IMG/VR virus record: IMGVR_UViG_3300020043_005335 | Coordinates: 1-28,903 of that record | Length of the DNA: 28,903 bases | Strand: one strand, 5' to 3' | Source: a virus | Taxonomy: Duplodnaviria > Caudoviricetes | Shown: one piece after another, positions 1 through 8,111 of the stretch | How the letters are laid out: every line of letters begins with the position of its first letter | Position numbering within the stretch: the first letter of the stretch is position 1 | Made by a program: the position numbers and the translations under genes | The notes under the pieces: model-generated | Database searches by the model: none | The model's input: only the letters and a program-made list of their open reading frames with translations | What the model was told of the DNA's origin: nothing

Positions 1-585
1 AGGCAATAGAGGTGCATAACAGGATACAGGTAGGCACACCTGATTTAATTAGTAAGATAAAGGCCATCCGGAAGGGCAATAATGAGCTCAAGAACACACT
101 CATGGCGATCATGTTCAATGGAACCTTCAGTGAACGGAAGGATGACGGCCTTGTTGAGCACTCAGGGCTGTGCATCTTGGACTTTGACAAGTACCCCGAT
201 GCTGATACCATGGCAGCAGAACGGAAGAGGCTCATTGAAGATAAGTATACCTATATGCTTTTCACCTCACCAAGTGGTAAGGGCCTCAAGGTAGTGATCA
301 GGATACCTCAATGTGACAAGGTTGAACACCGGAGGAGGTTCAGCCATTATGAGCAGTACATAAAGAGTGAGTATTTTGATACCTCCAACAAGAATATCAG
401 CAGGGTATGCTTTGAGTCCTATGACCCTGATGCCTACCTCAATGAGTTTGCCGCCATCTACACTGGCATTGTGGAGGATACAGGGTACCACCGAAGTGAA
501 TACACTCCCAAGGTCATTGTAACGAATGAGAACCGCATCATTGAGAAGGTGCTCAAGTTTAACCATGGTGAATTTAAGGAGGGTA
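1..585 (+). repeat. Terminal redundancy copy 1 (imperfect direct repeat of 28319..28903)
   Basis: Manual alignment: colinear, no indels, about 45 mismatches in 585 nt. Confidence 0.95.
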
Positions 586-2258
586 ACAGGGCCAACTACA
601 TCTACAAGGTAGCCTGTTGCCTATGCGAGTACTCTATACCCCTTACAACTGCGGAGAATACACTATTACAATATACGCAAGAGGGCTTTGGAGCTACCGA
701 GATAACTAACACAGTCCGAAATGCATACAAGCAGGCTCAGTTCGGTCTTAAAGTATTCGAGGATGTGGAGGCTATTCAAGGTATTAAGAATAAACTGAAG
801 CAAGGAATACCCCCCGAGGACATATCTAAGCAGCTCAGCGTTTCTAAGGAGGACATAAAGGCCATCCAAAAGGAGGAGGATATATTTTGGGAGGTAAAAA
901 AAAACACCGTTAACATCATCCCCAACAAGTATGCTGCATGGCTTCACAAACAAGGCTTCGCTAAGTACTATCCGGAGCGTTCAAATAACCCTATTTTTGT
1001 GTACATAACCGAGAATAAGGTCCAAGAGAGCTCGGTTGAGAAGATAAAAGACCATGTACTCACCTATCTAATGGAGCGAGAGCTGATGGATGTGTACAAC
1101 CATTGTGCTAAGAGCTCACAGTTATTCACACCAGGGCACCTTAATATGCTTGACAGCATTGATATGCGTATCCTTCAGGACTCAAAGAATGAATGTTACC
1201 TACCCTTCACCAATGGTGTGGCAGTGATCACTAAGAATAAGGTGAAGCTACTGAGCTACATTGATATTGATGGGTACATTTGGAGAGACCAAATAATACC
1301 GAGGGAGTTCAAGGTGGAGGATACCTATGAGAATAACTTCCAAGACTTCGTGAATAAGATTGCAGCACAGGACTCCAACCGCATCAAGTCCATGAGGACC
1401 ACCATAGGGTACCTACTGCATACCTACAAGGATAAGGCAGACCAAAAGGCAGTTATCTTCAATGATGAGGAGATTGATGACAACCCTAATGGAGGGAGTG
1501 GTAAGAGTCTCATGCTGACAGCCCTTGGCCACATCCGGAAGATAGTGAAGATTGATGGTAAGCTGTTCAACCCAGGAAAGAATGATTTTGCCTATTCAAG
1601 AGTTAACCCTGATACTCAAGTATTGGCCTTTGATGATGTCAAAAAGCACTTCAACTTTGAGCAGTTATTCAGCCTCATTACCGAGGGTATCCCTGTCAAC
1701 CGAAAGAACAAGGATGAGTACTATATCCCTTATGAGCGAAGCCCTAAGATAGTCATCACCACCAACTATGTGATAGCAGGAGCAGGAGGCAGTCATGATA
1801 GGAGAAGGCATGAGGTTGAGTTTAACCAATACTTCAATGCTCACCACAGCCCCATTGATGAGTACGGGTGCAAGCTATTCGACCAATGGACTCAGGAGGA
1901 GTGGAGCTACTTCGATAACTACATGATAAGCAATATCAAGTACTACCTTGAGCATGGGCTGTATCAAACTACAGGAATAAACAGCGACATTAAGAAATTC
2001 ATCCAAAATACCTGCAAGGAGTTCTATGACTTTGTGGAGGACACACCCCTCACTGCCGATGGATCTCACTTGCACCGGTACAAAGGACTCATGCAGCAAT
2101 TCCAGGAGGAGACTAATGGCTTCAAGGACCTGAAGCCTCAAGTCTTTGCCCGTTGGATTGATTGCTATGCAACGCATATGAAATATAAACTAACTAAACA
2201 TCGTAACCATGAAGGCCGCCACTTTTACCTTACTCCTACTCAGCCTGCTAAGCTGTAA
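1..2258 (+). CDS. Primase-helicase (BT4734/VirE N-terminal-like primase domain, PriCT-like region, C-terminal P-loop NTPase); 5'-truncated here, true start is seen in the second copy at 28252
   Basis: Motifs HSGLCILDFD, FTSPSGKGLKV, SRVCFESYDP; EGNRANYIY; Walker A GGSGKS, Walker B LAFDD, KIVITTN. Confidence 0.85.
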   Translation, partial: AIEVHNRIQVGTPDLISKIKAIRKGNNELKNTLMAIMFNGTFSERKDDGLVEHSGLCILDFDKYPDADTMAAERKRLIEDKYTYMLFTSPSGKGLKVVIRIPQCDKVEHRRRFSHYEQYIKSEYFDTSNKNISRVCFESYDPDAYLNEFAAIYTGIVEDTGYHRSEYTPKVIVTNENRIIEKVLKFNHGEFKEGNRANYIYKVACCLCEYSIPLTTAENTLLQYTQEGFGATEITNTVRNAYKQAQFGLKVFEDVEAIQGIKNKLKQGIPPEDISKQLSVSKEDIKAIQKEEDIFWEVKKNTVNIIPNKYAAWLHKQGFAKYYPERSNNPIFVYITENKVQESSVEKIKDHVLTYLMERELMDVYNHCAKSSQLFTPGHLNMLDSIDMRILQDSKNECYLPFTNGVAVITKNKVKLLSYIDIDGYIWRDQIIPREFKVEDTYENNFQDFVNKIAAQDSNRIKSMRTTIGYLLHTYKDKADQKAVIFNDEEIDDNPNGGSGKSLMLTALGHIRKIVKIDGKLFNPGKNDFAYSRVNPDTQVLAFDDVKKHFNFEQLFSLITEGIPVNRKNKDEYYIPYERSPKIVITTNYVIAGAGGSHDRRRHEVEFNQYFNAHHSPIDEYGCKLFDQWTQEEWSYFDNYMISNIKYYLEHGLYQTTGINSDIKKFIQNTCKEFYDFVEDTPLTADGSHLHRYKGLMQQFQEETNGFKDLKPQVFARWIDCYATHMKYKLTKHRNHEGRHFYLTPTQPAKL

Positions 2259-2433
2259 GAGCTCACAAAAATGTGATGCATACAGCATCCGAGGATATGA
2301 CTACATCCAAGTGATTGGATATACTGATACAGTACCTACCCTTGGAGAGGAGGAGCTCCACCTTCCCCCTGGTGAGTACATCATTAAGGCATGGAAAGGG
2401 GAGGAGATAACCTATACAAAGGTTAAGTTATGA
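2209..2433 (+). CDS. Small putative lipoprotein
   Basis: MKAATFTLLLLSLLS-C signal peptide/lipobox; ATGA coupling to next gene. Confidence 0.6.
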   Translation: MKAATFTLLLLSLLSCKSSQKCDAYSIRGYDYIQVIGYTDTVPTLGEEELHLPPGEYIIKAWKGEEITYTKVKL

Positions 2434-2633
2434 ACCAACACAAAATATATCGGGTCCTAAGACTCATGCAGATGCTACAACAAAAGCCGAGGTCAGTAAT
2501 TGGAATGGCACGTTACTTAGGTACCAGTGAGAGAACGGTCTACAGATACCTGAAACTTTTTATGAAGTTAGATATACGAGTAAAAAAGGACCAATTTAAT
2601 AAGTACTTTATAGATGAACAAAGACCACATTAA
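2430..2633 (+). CDS. Stand-alone winged HTH DNA-binding protein (HTH_11/YafY N-terminus-like)
   Basis: RVLRLMQML...MARYLGTSERTVYRYL helix-turn-helix pattern. Confidence 0.75.
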   Translation: MNQHKIYRVLRLMQMLQQKPRSVIGMARYLGTSERTVYRYLKLFMKLDIRVKKDQFNKYFIDEQRPH

Positions 2634-3069
2634 GACTCTGCATGAGCTCAGAGTTAAGAAGATACTTGAGAAAACACCAACTTTCCCACCATCCTATATC
2701 ATGAAAAAAAAATACACCGACTCAACGGCCAACGGCCTAACCAAAGCTATCTGTGACTGGATAAACCTGCATGGCTATCAGGCTGAACGTATCAACACCA
2801 TGGGTGTGGCACGTACAAGATACCGTACTGATGGATCAGTGGCAGGCATCCAATGGACCAAGGGCACCGGTACAGCAGGGAGTGCTGATATATCTGCTAC
2901 CATTAAGGGCAGAAGCGTTAAGATAGAGGTCAAAATTGGTAAGGATAGGCAGTCCGAGGCACAGAAAAAATACCAGGAGATGATTGAGAGGGCAGGGGGA
3001 ACCTATATAATAGCTAAGGATTTTGATAGTTTTGTGGAGTGGTATGAAAAATTTATTGAAAATAATTGA
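2614..3069 (+). CDS. VRR-NUC family PD-(D/E)XK nuclease (putative Holliday junction resolvase)
   Basis: GSADI...KIEVK.GKDRQSEAQKKYQEMIERAGG.Y motif. Confidence 0.85.
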   Translation: MNKDHIKTLHELRVKKILEKTPTFPPSYIMKKKYTDSTANGLTKAICDWINLHGYQAERINTMGVARTRYRTDGSVAGIQWTKGTGTAGSADISATIKGRSVKIEVKIGKDRQSEAQKKYQEMIERAGGTYIIAKDFDSFVEWYEKFIENN

Positions 3070-3075
3070 AAATAA

Positions 3076-3106
3076 TTTGCAGATTTGAAAATTAAACGTA
3101 TCTTTG
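3076..3106 (+). promoter_or_regulatory. Bacteroidota primary-sigma promoter (-33 TTTG, -7 TATCTTTG)
   Basis: TTTG at 3076-3079, 19-nt spacer, TAnnTTTG at 3099-3106 in AT-rich intergenic DNA. Confidence 0.8.
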
Positions 3107-3128
3107 AATATCGAAAAACGCAAAAGCT

Positions 3129-3308
3129 ATGAAAAAAGTAAGATACAATCATTTAGAAAACGGAATGACAAAACTTCATAACTTTAAGGATGGTGAAGTA
3201 TTTGAAGTTGTAAAAGATACAAAAAAAACATTCGTAATACTAAAAAACGGCAAACAAGCTACGATATATAAAACAAATTGCATTGATTTTTTTACGATAA
3301 TTGAATAA
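3129..3308 (+). CDS. 59-aa AT-rich hypothetical protein not in the ORF track (MKKVRYNHLENGMTKLHNFKDGEVFEVVKDTKKTFVILKNGKQATIYKTNCIDFFTIIE)
   Basis: Manual translation ATG 3129 to TAA 3308; fills the gap directly after the promoter. Confidence 0.7.
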   Translation: MKKVRYNHLENGMTKLHNFKDGEVFEVVKDTKKTFVILKNGKQATIYKTNCIDFFTIIE

Positions 3309-3355
3309 CAAAAACGAGGGGTGCGACTTGGTAACGCACATTTAACTAATATCTT

Positions 3356-3892
3356 ATGACAACAAGAGCAAAAAAAGAGGAGGTAGTACCTCAGGCAGCA
3401 AGCCTAAACATCTACCAAAAGCTACACCTGGCTAAGCAGTCAATGGGTAAGGTCATTAAGAATGCCACTAACCCCCATTTGAAGCGTAACTATGCCGACA
3501 TCAACAGCATCATTGATACTGTTGAGCCTATTCTCCTGGATCATGGTCTGCTGTTGATACAGCCTATCATTGATGATAAGGTATATACTATTATTGTGGA
3601 TATCGAAACAGGTGATAAGTTAGAGAGTTACCTTACATTGCCTCCAATTACAGATGCCCAAAAGCTCGGAGGAGCTTGCACGTACTTTCGCAGGTATACA
3701 TTGGTTAACCTGTGCTGTTTGCAAGCCATTGATGATGATGGCCATGAGGCAAGCAGAGCACCCAAGGCAAAGCCTACCCTAACACCTGACAGGTTCAACA
3801 GTGCACTTCAAGCTATCCAAGAGGGTAGATATACCGTTGAGGACCTAAGAGCTACCTATTCTCTAACTAAAGAGCAGGAGGGGCAGCTATGA
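3356..3892 (+). CDS. erf: ERF-family single-strand annealing recombinase
   Basis: KNATNPH..NYADI and QKLGGACTYFRRYTL...DDDG signature. Confidence 0.9.
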   Translation: MTTRAKKEEVVPQAASLNIYQKLHLAKQSMGKVIKNATNPHLKRNYADINSIIDTVEPILLDHGLLLIQPIIDDKVYTIIVDIETGDKLESYLTLPPITDAQKLGGACTYFRRYTLVNLCCLQAIDDDGHEASRAPKAKPTLTPDRFNSALQAIQEGRYTVEDLRATYSLTKEQEGQL

Positions 3893-4512
3893 AGTTCCGA
3901 GCATCACAATTAGGTAAGCTAATGACCTCCTCCAGGACTAAGGGGGAGGCATTAGGGCAGACTGCTAAGACGTATATCATTGAGCAGGCTAAACAGGACT
4001 TTTATGGGTACCGCACTCAGCTAATGAATAAGTATGTATTGAAGGGATTAGAGCAGGAACAGGATTCGATTGACCTACTCAATGGGGTAAGGTTCCAAAA
4101 CTACGTTAAAAACGAGCAGAGGGCAGAAAATGAGTATCTAACGGGATGCTGTGATATAATTACGGAGGATAGCATCATTGACATCAAGAGTTCCTGGTCC
4201 TTGGAGACCTTTCCGGCTACCACATTTGAGCTGAAGGATCTATCTGATTATGAGTGGCAGGGCAGGGCATATATGTGGCTATATGATAAGCCTACCTTTG
4301 AGCTGTCCTATGTGATGGTATCAACCCATCCCGAGCTCCTTAGTCAGTATGACCCCATTGATATCCATGAAGTGGACCATATTGACCCTGCCAAGAGAAT
4401 TACCTCCATTACTTTTGAGAGGGATGCAGAGATAGAGATAAGGATGCAGGAGCAGTTACTGGCTGCAAGCCTGTTCTATGAGCAAGTATTAACCCAATTA
4501 CAGAACAAATGA
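3889..4512 (+). CDS. YqaJ/lambda-exonuclease-like PD-(D/E)XK exonuclease
   Basis: FRASQLG start, G.EQE, TGCCDI...IIDIKSSW, YEWQGRAYM; coupled to ERF. Confidence 0.8.
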   Translation: MKFRASQLGKLMTSSRTKGEALGQTAKTYIIEQAKQDFYGYRTQLMNKYVLKGLEQEQDSIDLLNGVRFQNYVKNEQRAENEYLTGCCDIITEDSIIDIKSSWSLETFPATTFELKDLSDYEWQGRAYMWLYDKPTFELSYVMVSTHPELLSQYDPIDIHEVDHIDPAKRITSITFERDAEIEIRMQEQLLAASLFYEQVLTQLQNK

Positions 4513-4610
4513 CAGTGCTTTAAGATGCACTATTTGATTAAAGTAAATAAGAAAAACCAACGTATGTATAATATAGTGCTATTTACTGCACGAACTAAAT
4601 AACAAATAAA

Positions 4611-4820
4611 ATGACACAAGAAGAATTCTACAGAGAGGCCTGCCTAAGAGCAATGCAGGGCCTACTTTCTGCCGCAGGACATTACAGGGATGAGCTGATT
4701 GCTAACCCATGCGAATATGTTGCTACTGCTGCCCGTCACTATGCCACTGAATTAACTGAGCAGGTGTATGGTGGTGGGGTGCAATGGAATGAGATAACCC
4801 ACACACCTGATAAGCCATGA
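4611..4820 (+). CDS. Hypothetical protein
   Basis: A-rich start context; ATGA coupling to next ORF. Confidence 0.7.
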   Translation: MTQEEFYREACLRAMQGLLSAAGHYRDELIANPCEYVATAARHYATELTEQVYGGGVQWNEITHTPDKP

Positions 4821-5041
4821 AAGCAAAACTAACCTTTAACCTACCCGATGACAAGCACGAATGGGAGAACGCTATCCGGGCTGATGCCATGTTCTGTGCC
4901 CTGTGGGATCTATCTCAAGAGCTCCGTACTATGTGGAAGTATCAACAGTACCAAACAGAGGAGGAGTATGCCATTGTGGAAACCATACGGGACAAGTTCT
5001 ATGAGATACTGAGTGAGCACAACATAAACCTGGACCAATGA
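4817..5041 (+). CDS. Hypothetical phage protein
   Basis: MKAKLTFNLPDD start; coupled on both sides. Confidence 0.75.
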   Translation: MKAKLTFNLPDDKHEWENAIRADAMFCALWDLSQELRTMWKYQQYQTEEEYAIVETIRDKFYEILSEHNINLDQ

Positions 5042-5286
5042 GATACCTGATAATAGCACTGAGTGCACTGATAATCGAGATATGCTCTACCTTCTACATT
5101 AGATACGTGGCAGAAGGTAATGCAACAGCCATGTTATTCTTTGCCGGTATTGGTCCGTTCCTGGGCTTACCCTTTATAGGTTACATGGTAGAGTCTAAGA
5201 CATGGACCGAGAGGCTGAGGCAAGCACTTGCACTGTCAGTGGGCTATCAGGTAGGATGTATGATTGTAATATATGTAATTAAGTAA
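5038..5286 (+). CDS. Small membrane protein (about 3 hydrophobic segments)
   Basis: Hydrophobic stretches; coupled to upstream ORF. Confidence 0.65.
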   Translation: MRYLIIALSALIIEICSTFYIRYVAEGNATAMLFFAGIGPFLGLPFIGYMVESKTWTERLRQALALSVGYQVGCMIVIYVIK

Positions 5287-5296
5287 ACCAAATAAT

Positions 5297-5644
5297 ATGA
5301 GTGATTTCAAAGGAGAGGTGGTATACGTTACCCCAACAACAACAGTGAGCGACAAGTTCAAGAAGAGAGACATAACCCTCAAGTCTCAAGATGAGTACCC
5401 GCAGTACATTACCTTTCAGTTAGTACAGGATAAGTGTGACCTGGCTAATAACCTCAAGCCAGGGGATGTGGTGGAGCTCAAGTACAACCTACGAGGCCGT
5501 AGATGGGAGGCACAGGATGGAACCATCAAGTACTTCAATACCATCGAGGCATGGACCATGAGCCTCAGCTCTGCTGCTCCTGTTCAAAACAAGTTAGTAA
5601 ATAACACACCTAAGCATGAAGAGTCTGACGATCTACCTTTCTGA
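5297..5644 (+). CDS. DUF3127-family single-stranded DNA-binding protein
   Basis: YPQYITFQLVQDK, NLRGRRW, YFNTIEAW; acidic C-terminal DDLPF tail. Confidence 0.85.
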   Translation: MSDFKGEVVYVTPTTTVSDKFKKRDITLKSQDEYPQYITFQLVQDKCDLANNLKPGDVVELKYNLRGRRWEAQDGTIKYFNTIEAWTMSLSSAAPVQNKLVNNTPKHEESDDLPF

Positions 5645-5876
5645 TGGGGAAACCTTCAGCCAATGGGCTGTCAAAACAGCTAACAGTATGCTCAGTGACA
5701 GGTACCGATTGGTTCACTTGGCACTTGACATGAAGGCTCCTTACCATACGGTGAGGAGGTTCATTGCAGGGGAGAACGTAGCCCTTGAGATACAGGATAA
5801 GTTTATTTCGTTATATTTGAAGCATGTATACGCTACTCACTCTCATCCCCATAGCATGGTGGATAACAGAATTTGA
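5616..5876 (+). CDS. Hypothetical protein, possible HTH
   Basis: LALDMKAPYHTVRRFIAG resembles an HTH; overlaps SSB end. Confidence 0.55.
   Translation: MKSLTIYLSDGETFSQWAVKTANSMLSDRYRLVHLALDMKAPYHTVRRFIAGENVALEIQDKFISLYLKHVYATHSHPHSMVDNRI
5812..5819 (+). promoter_or_regulatory. Putative -7 element (TATATTTG) 4 nt before ATG 5824; probable promoter of the sigma-factor operon
   Basis: Exact TAnnTTTG match; no well-spaced -33 element. Confidence 0.5.
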
Positions 5877-6051
5877 GCCTCTCCAGGCAACTATTGACCG
5901 CATCCCTATGTCTCCATGGCTACGGGATGCTTTCAGTTGTGTGAAGTGTGTCTCGTTTTGGCTTACCCTTTTTGTTTCATTTGATTTCATATTAGCATGT
6001 CAAGCAGCTATATTGGCCTACCTATTGAACCGACTGATTGCGAGGTTGTAG
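5824..6051 (+). CDS. Small membrane protein with CxxC motif
   Basis: FSCVKCVSFW followed by hydrophobic helices. Confidence 0.7.
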   Translation: MYTLLTLIPIAWWITEFEPLQATIDRIPMSPWLRDAFSCVKCVSFWLTLFVSFDFILACQAAILAYLLNRLIARL

Positions 6052-6248
6052 ACCGTGTACTCAGTTACCCCGACCCACAGCTCTACTCCAAGGTATCACT
6101 GATTGAGCTGTTGAAGATACGTATCAAGTATCAAGGGCCACAGCCACAGGAGTGCTTCTGTGCTTCTGTACGTAGAAGGGTTTGGTTGAAGGAATTTACT
6201 ATTTGGTATGAAGAGTATCTTAGACAAGTTGGTCTCGAAGCAGTATGA
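5997..6248 (+). CDS. Hypothetical Cys-containing protein (start uncertain)
   Basis: QECFCASVRRRVW motif; fills space before sigma-like gene. Confidence 0.6.
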   Translation: MSSSYIGLPIEPTDCEVVDRVLSYPDPQLYSKVSLIELLKIRIKYQGPQPQECFCASVRRRVWLKEFTIWYEEYLRQVGLEAV

Positions 6249-6732
6249 GGAGCTTGAAGCTTACACGAATTACCTACTTTCTAAGCTGGGCAGTCAGTTA
6301 GACGCTACAACAGTGATTTCCAACAGCTATCTGCATTGTGTTAAGATAGAATGCCATGACATAGATACCATGAAGAGCTGCATGCTCAACACTATCAAGA
6401 AGCAGATCATGTGGTCAGGTTCCCAGAGCAATCGAGAGGAGTCAGTCAACAGCTCTGATGAGGTAGTCAATGAGATGGATGATACTACGGACCTTGATAG
6501 TAAGATAGAACAGGAGAAAGTCTACAACAGGAACAAGGCCTACATCGAAATATATCGGTCCAGGTGTGAGGATAGGGTATCACAGATAGTGTTGAGTGCC
6601 TACATTGACAAAGGATATAACACAGCACGGTCAATGGCTAAGTACTTTGACATACCTGTTACCTCAGCTCACTATCTTATAGCTGATATTAAACAAAAAC
6701 TCCGTGAGATACAATATAAGTATGACAATTAG
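6208..6732 (+). CDS. Divergent ECF/sigma70-like RNA polymerase sigma factor
   Basis: 174 aa; region-2-like Y.EL..Y..YLL...DA..V....YL, acidic linker, region-4-like HTH QIVLSAYIDKGYNTARSMAKYFDIPVTSAHYLIADIKQKLR; lies at the early/late boundary. Confidence 0.7.
   Translation: MKSILDKLVSKQYEELEAYTNYLLSKLGSQLDATTVISNSYLHCVKIECHDIDTMKSCMLNTIKKQIMWSGSQSNREESVNSSDEVVNEMDDTTDLDSKIEQEKVYNRNKAYIEIYRSRCEDRVSQIVLSAYIDKGYNTARSMAKYFDIPVTSAHYLIADIKQKLREIQYKYDN
6692..6719 (+). promoter_or_regulatory. Putative late promoter copy 1: AACA-N15-ACAATATAA, ATG at 6722
   Basis: Motif repeated five times, each ahead of a late gene. Confidence 0.75.
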
Positions 6733-6907
6733 CCAAGCCATAGCCTCATGCTGTAGCCTGTTAGGTATCTTTACAGGCATTTCTCTGCTATTTCACAACT
6801 ATGATTTAGCAGCGTATGGTGCAGGAGGGTGGATAGTTGGGTATTATACGTTTCTAATTACATCAGAATATGAGCAAAAAGAAGATAACACCAAAGGTGA
6901 ACCCTGA
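6722..6907 (+). CDS. Small membrane protein (start revised to ATG 6722)
   Basis: Two hydrophobic segments; ATG follows the late motif. Confidence 0.6.
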   Translation: MTISQAIASCCSLLGIFTGISLLFHNYDLAAYGAGGWIVGYYTFLITSEYEQKEDNTKGEP

Positions 6908-7055
6908 GTACATCGGTAAAACAATCGAAATAACAGGACCTAACAGCACTACAAAGCTTGAAGTGACTGAAGCATTGGCTGTAGAGCATGCTTTCTACAC
7001 TGCAATTGGTTTGGGTCATTTATTCATCATTGAAGATGCCAAGACCGAGGATTAA
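6870..7055 (+). CDS. Hypothetical protein
   Basis: ORF tiled between neighbours on the coding strand. Confidence 0.65.
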   Translation: MSKKKITPKVNPEYIGKTIEITGPNSTTKLEVTEALAVEHAFYTAIGLGHLFIIEDAKTED

Positions 7056-7500
7056 CGAAACAGCAGAGCAGTACATTTCACGGTGTATGGCTGACCCTGA
7101 GACCCAAGAGAAGTATCCGGACCAGGCACAACGGTATGCTGTGTGTGGTTCCATGTACGATACACCCCTTGGGAACTACAAGAACGTATTTGCTCAGTCC
7201 TATGATGACTATCCCAAGGCTGCCTCAGAGAATGCTAAGATAGCACTCAAGTGGGCTGATGAGAATGGATGGGGTAAGTGTGGTACAGGAGTAGGCAAAG
7301 CCAGAGCAAATCAGTTAGCCAAGGGTGAGCCACTCACTGAGAGCACCATTGCACGGATGGCAGGGTTTGCAAGGCACCGGCAGAACTCACAGCGAGAGCT
7401 CGGTGATGGATGCGGTAGGCTCATGTGGTTAGCCTGGGGAGGTGATGAAGGTATTGAATGGGCACAGAGAAAACTAAAACAGATTAGAGGTGAAAAGTAA
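7036..7500 (+). CDS. Hypothetical phage protein (start revised to MPRPRINET...)
   Basis: Two apparent modules: YISRCMAD...QRYAVC and SYDDYP...LMWLAWGG. Confidence 0.75.
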   Translation: MPRPRINETAEQYISRCMADPETQEKYPDQAQRYAVCGSMYDTPLGNYKNVFAQSYDDYPKAASENAKIALKWADENGWGKCGTGVGKARANQLAKGEPLTESTIARMAGFARHRQNSQRELGDGCGRLMWLAWGGDEGIEWAQRKLKQIRGEK

Positions 7501-7912
7501 GTACATAGAAACCCCTGAGAAAATGTGGGAGCTCTTTGAGTCCTACAGAGAATGGTGCAAACAGAACCCGAGATATAGCTACTCACTATCTACTAAGACA
7601 GGAGAGGCTACTGCTATACCTCTTGAGAGACCACTTACTCAGGTTGGATTTAGATCCTATGCTGCAGATAAAGGGAGTACTGTGACTGATTACTTTAGCA
7701 ATAAGGATGGGAGATATTCTGAGTATGCCACAATCTGTTCACGCATAGAGGAGGCAATCCGCATGGACCAAATCGAGGGAGGTATGGTAGGGCAGTACAA
7801 CCCATCCATCACTCAAAGATTGAACAACCTAACCGAGAGGGTGGATGCTACCACCAACGGTGAGAAGATAGATAGCATCAAGGTCACGATAGTAATGCCT
7901 GACAGTGAGTGA
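7490..7912 (+). CDS. terS: Terminase small subunit (P22 gp3-like DNA-packaging protein)
   Basis: ETPEKMWELFESY, RPLTQVGF, QIEGGMVGQYNPSITQRLNNL; upstream of TerL. Confidence 0.85.
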   Translation: MKSKYIETPEKMWELFESYREWCKQNPRYSYSLSTKTGEATAIPLERPLTQVGFRSYAADKGSTVTDYFSNKDGRYSEYATICSRIEEAIRMDQIEGGMVGQYNPSITQRLNNLTERVDATTNGEKIDSIKVTIVMPDSE

Positions 7913-8111
7913 TCAGATAGACTACATGGCTTCGGTGGTGGAGGACTACATCCTTAAGACAAAGGGTGAGAAGGTCCGCATCAATAGGAGGCTTGTAGCA
8001 ATGGATGGGAGGCAGTTGGTCATGCTGTTCAATGCCTACCAAAAGATAGTACATGGAGCTGAAGAGCACGGTAATATTTCAAAAGAACCACCAAGCCCTA
8101 CAGGGTCCTGA
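7905..8111 (+). CDS. Hypothetical protein between TerS and TerL
   Basis: Fills the gap and overlaps both neighbours. Confidence 0.55.
   Translation: MSDQIDYMASVVEDYILKTKGEKVRINRRLVAMDGRQLVMLFNAYQKIVHGAEEHGNISKEPPSPTGS

Noticed and set aside
1-585. The diverged duplicate as a DGR template/variable repeat pair
   Set aside because: Differences are synonymous third-position changes, not adenine-specific, and no reverse transcriptase is present
668-676. ACAATATAC inside the primase gene as a sixth late motif
   Set aside because: No correctly spaced AACA box and no adjacent gene start
3889-4512. Exonuclease as Cas4
   Set aside because: Lacks the four-Cys Fe-S pattern; ERF/SSB context indicates a recombination exonuclease
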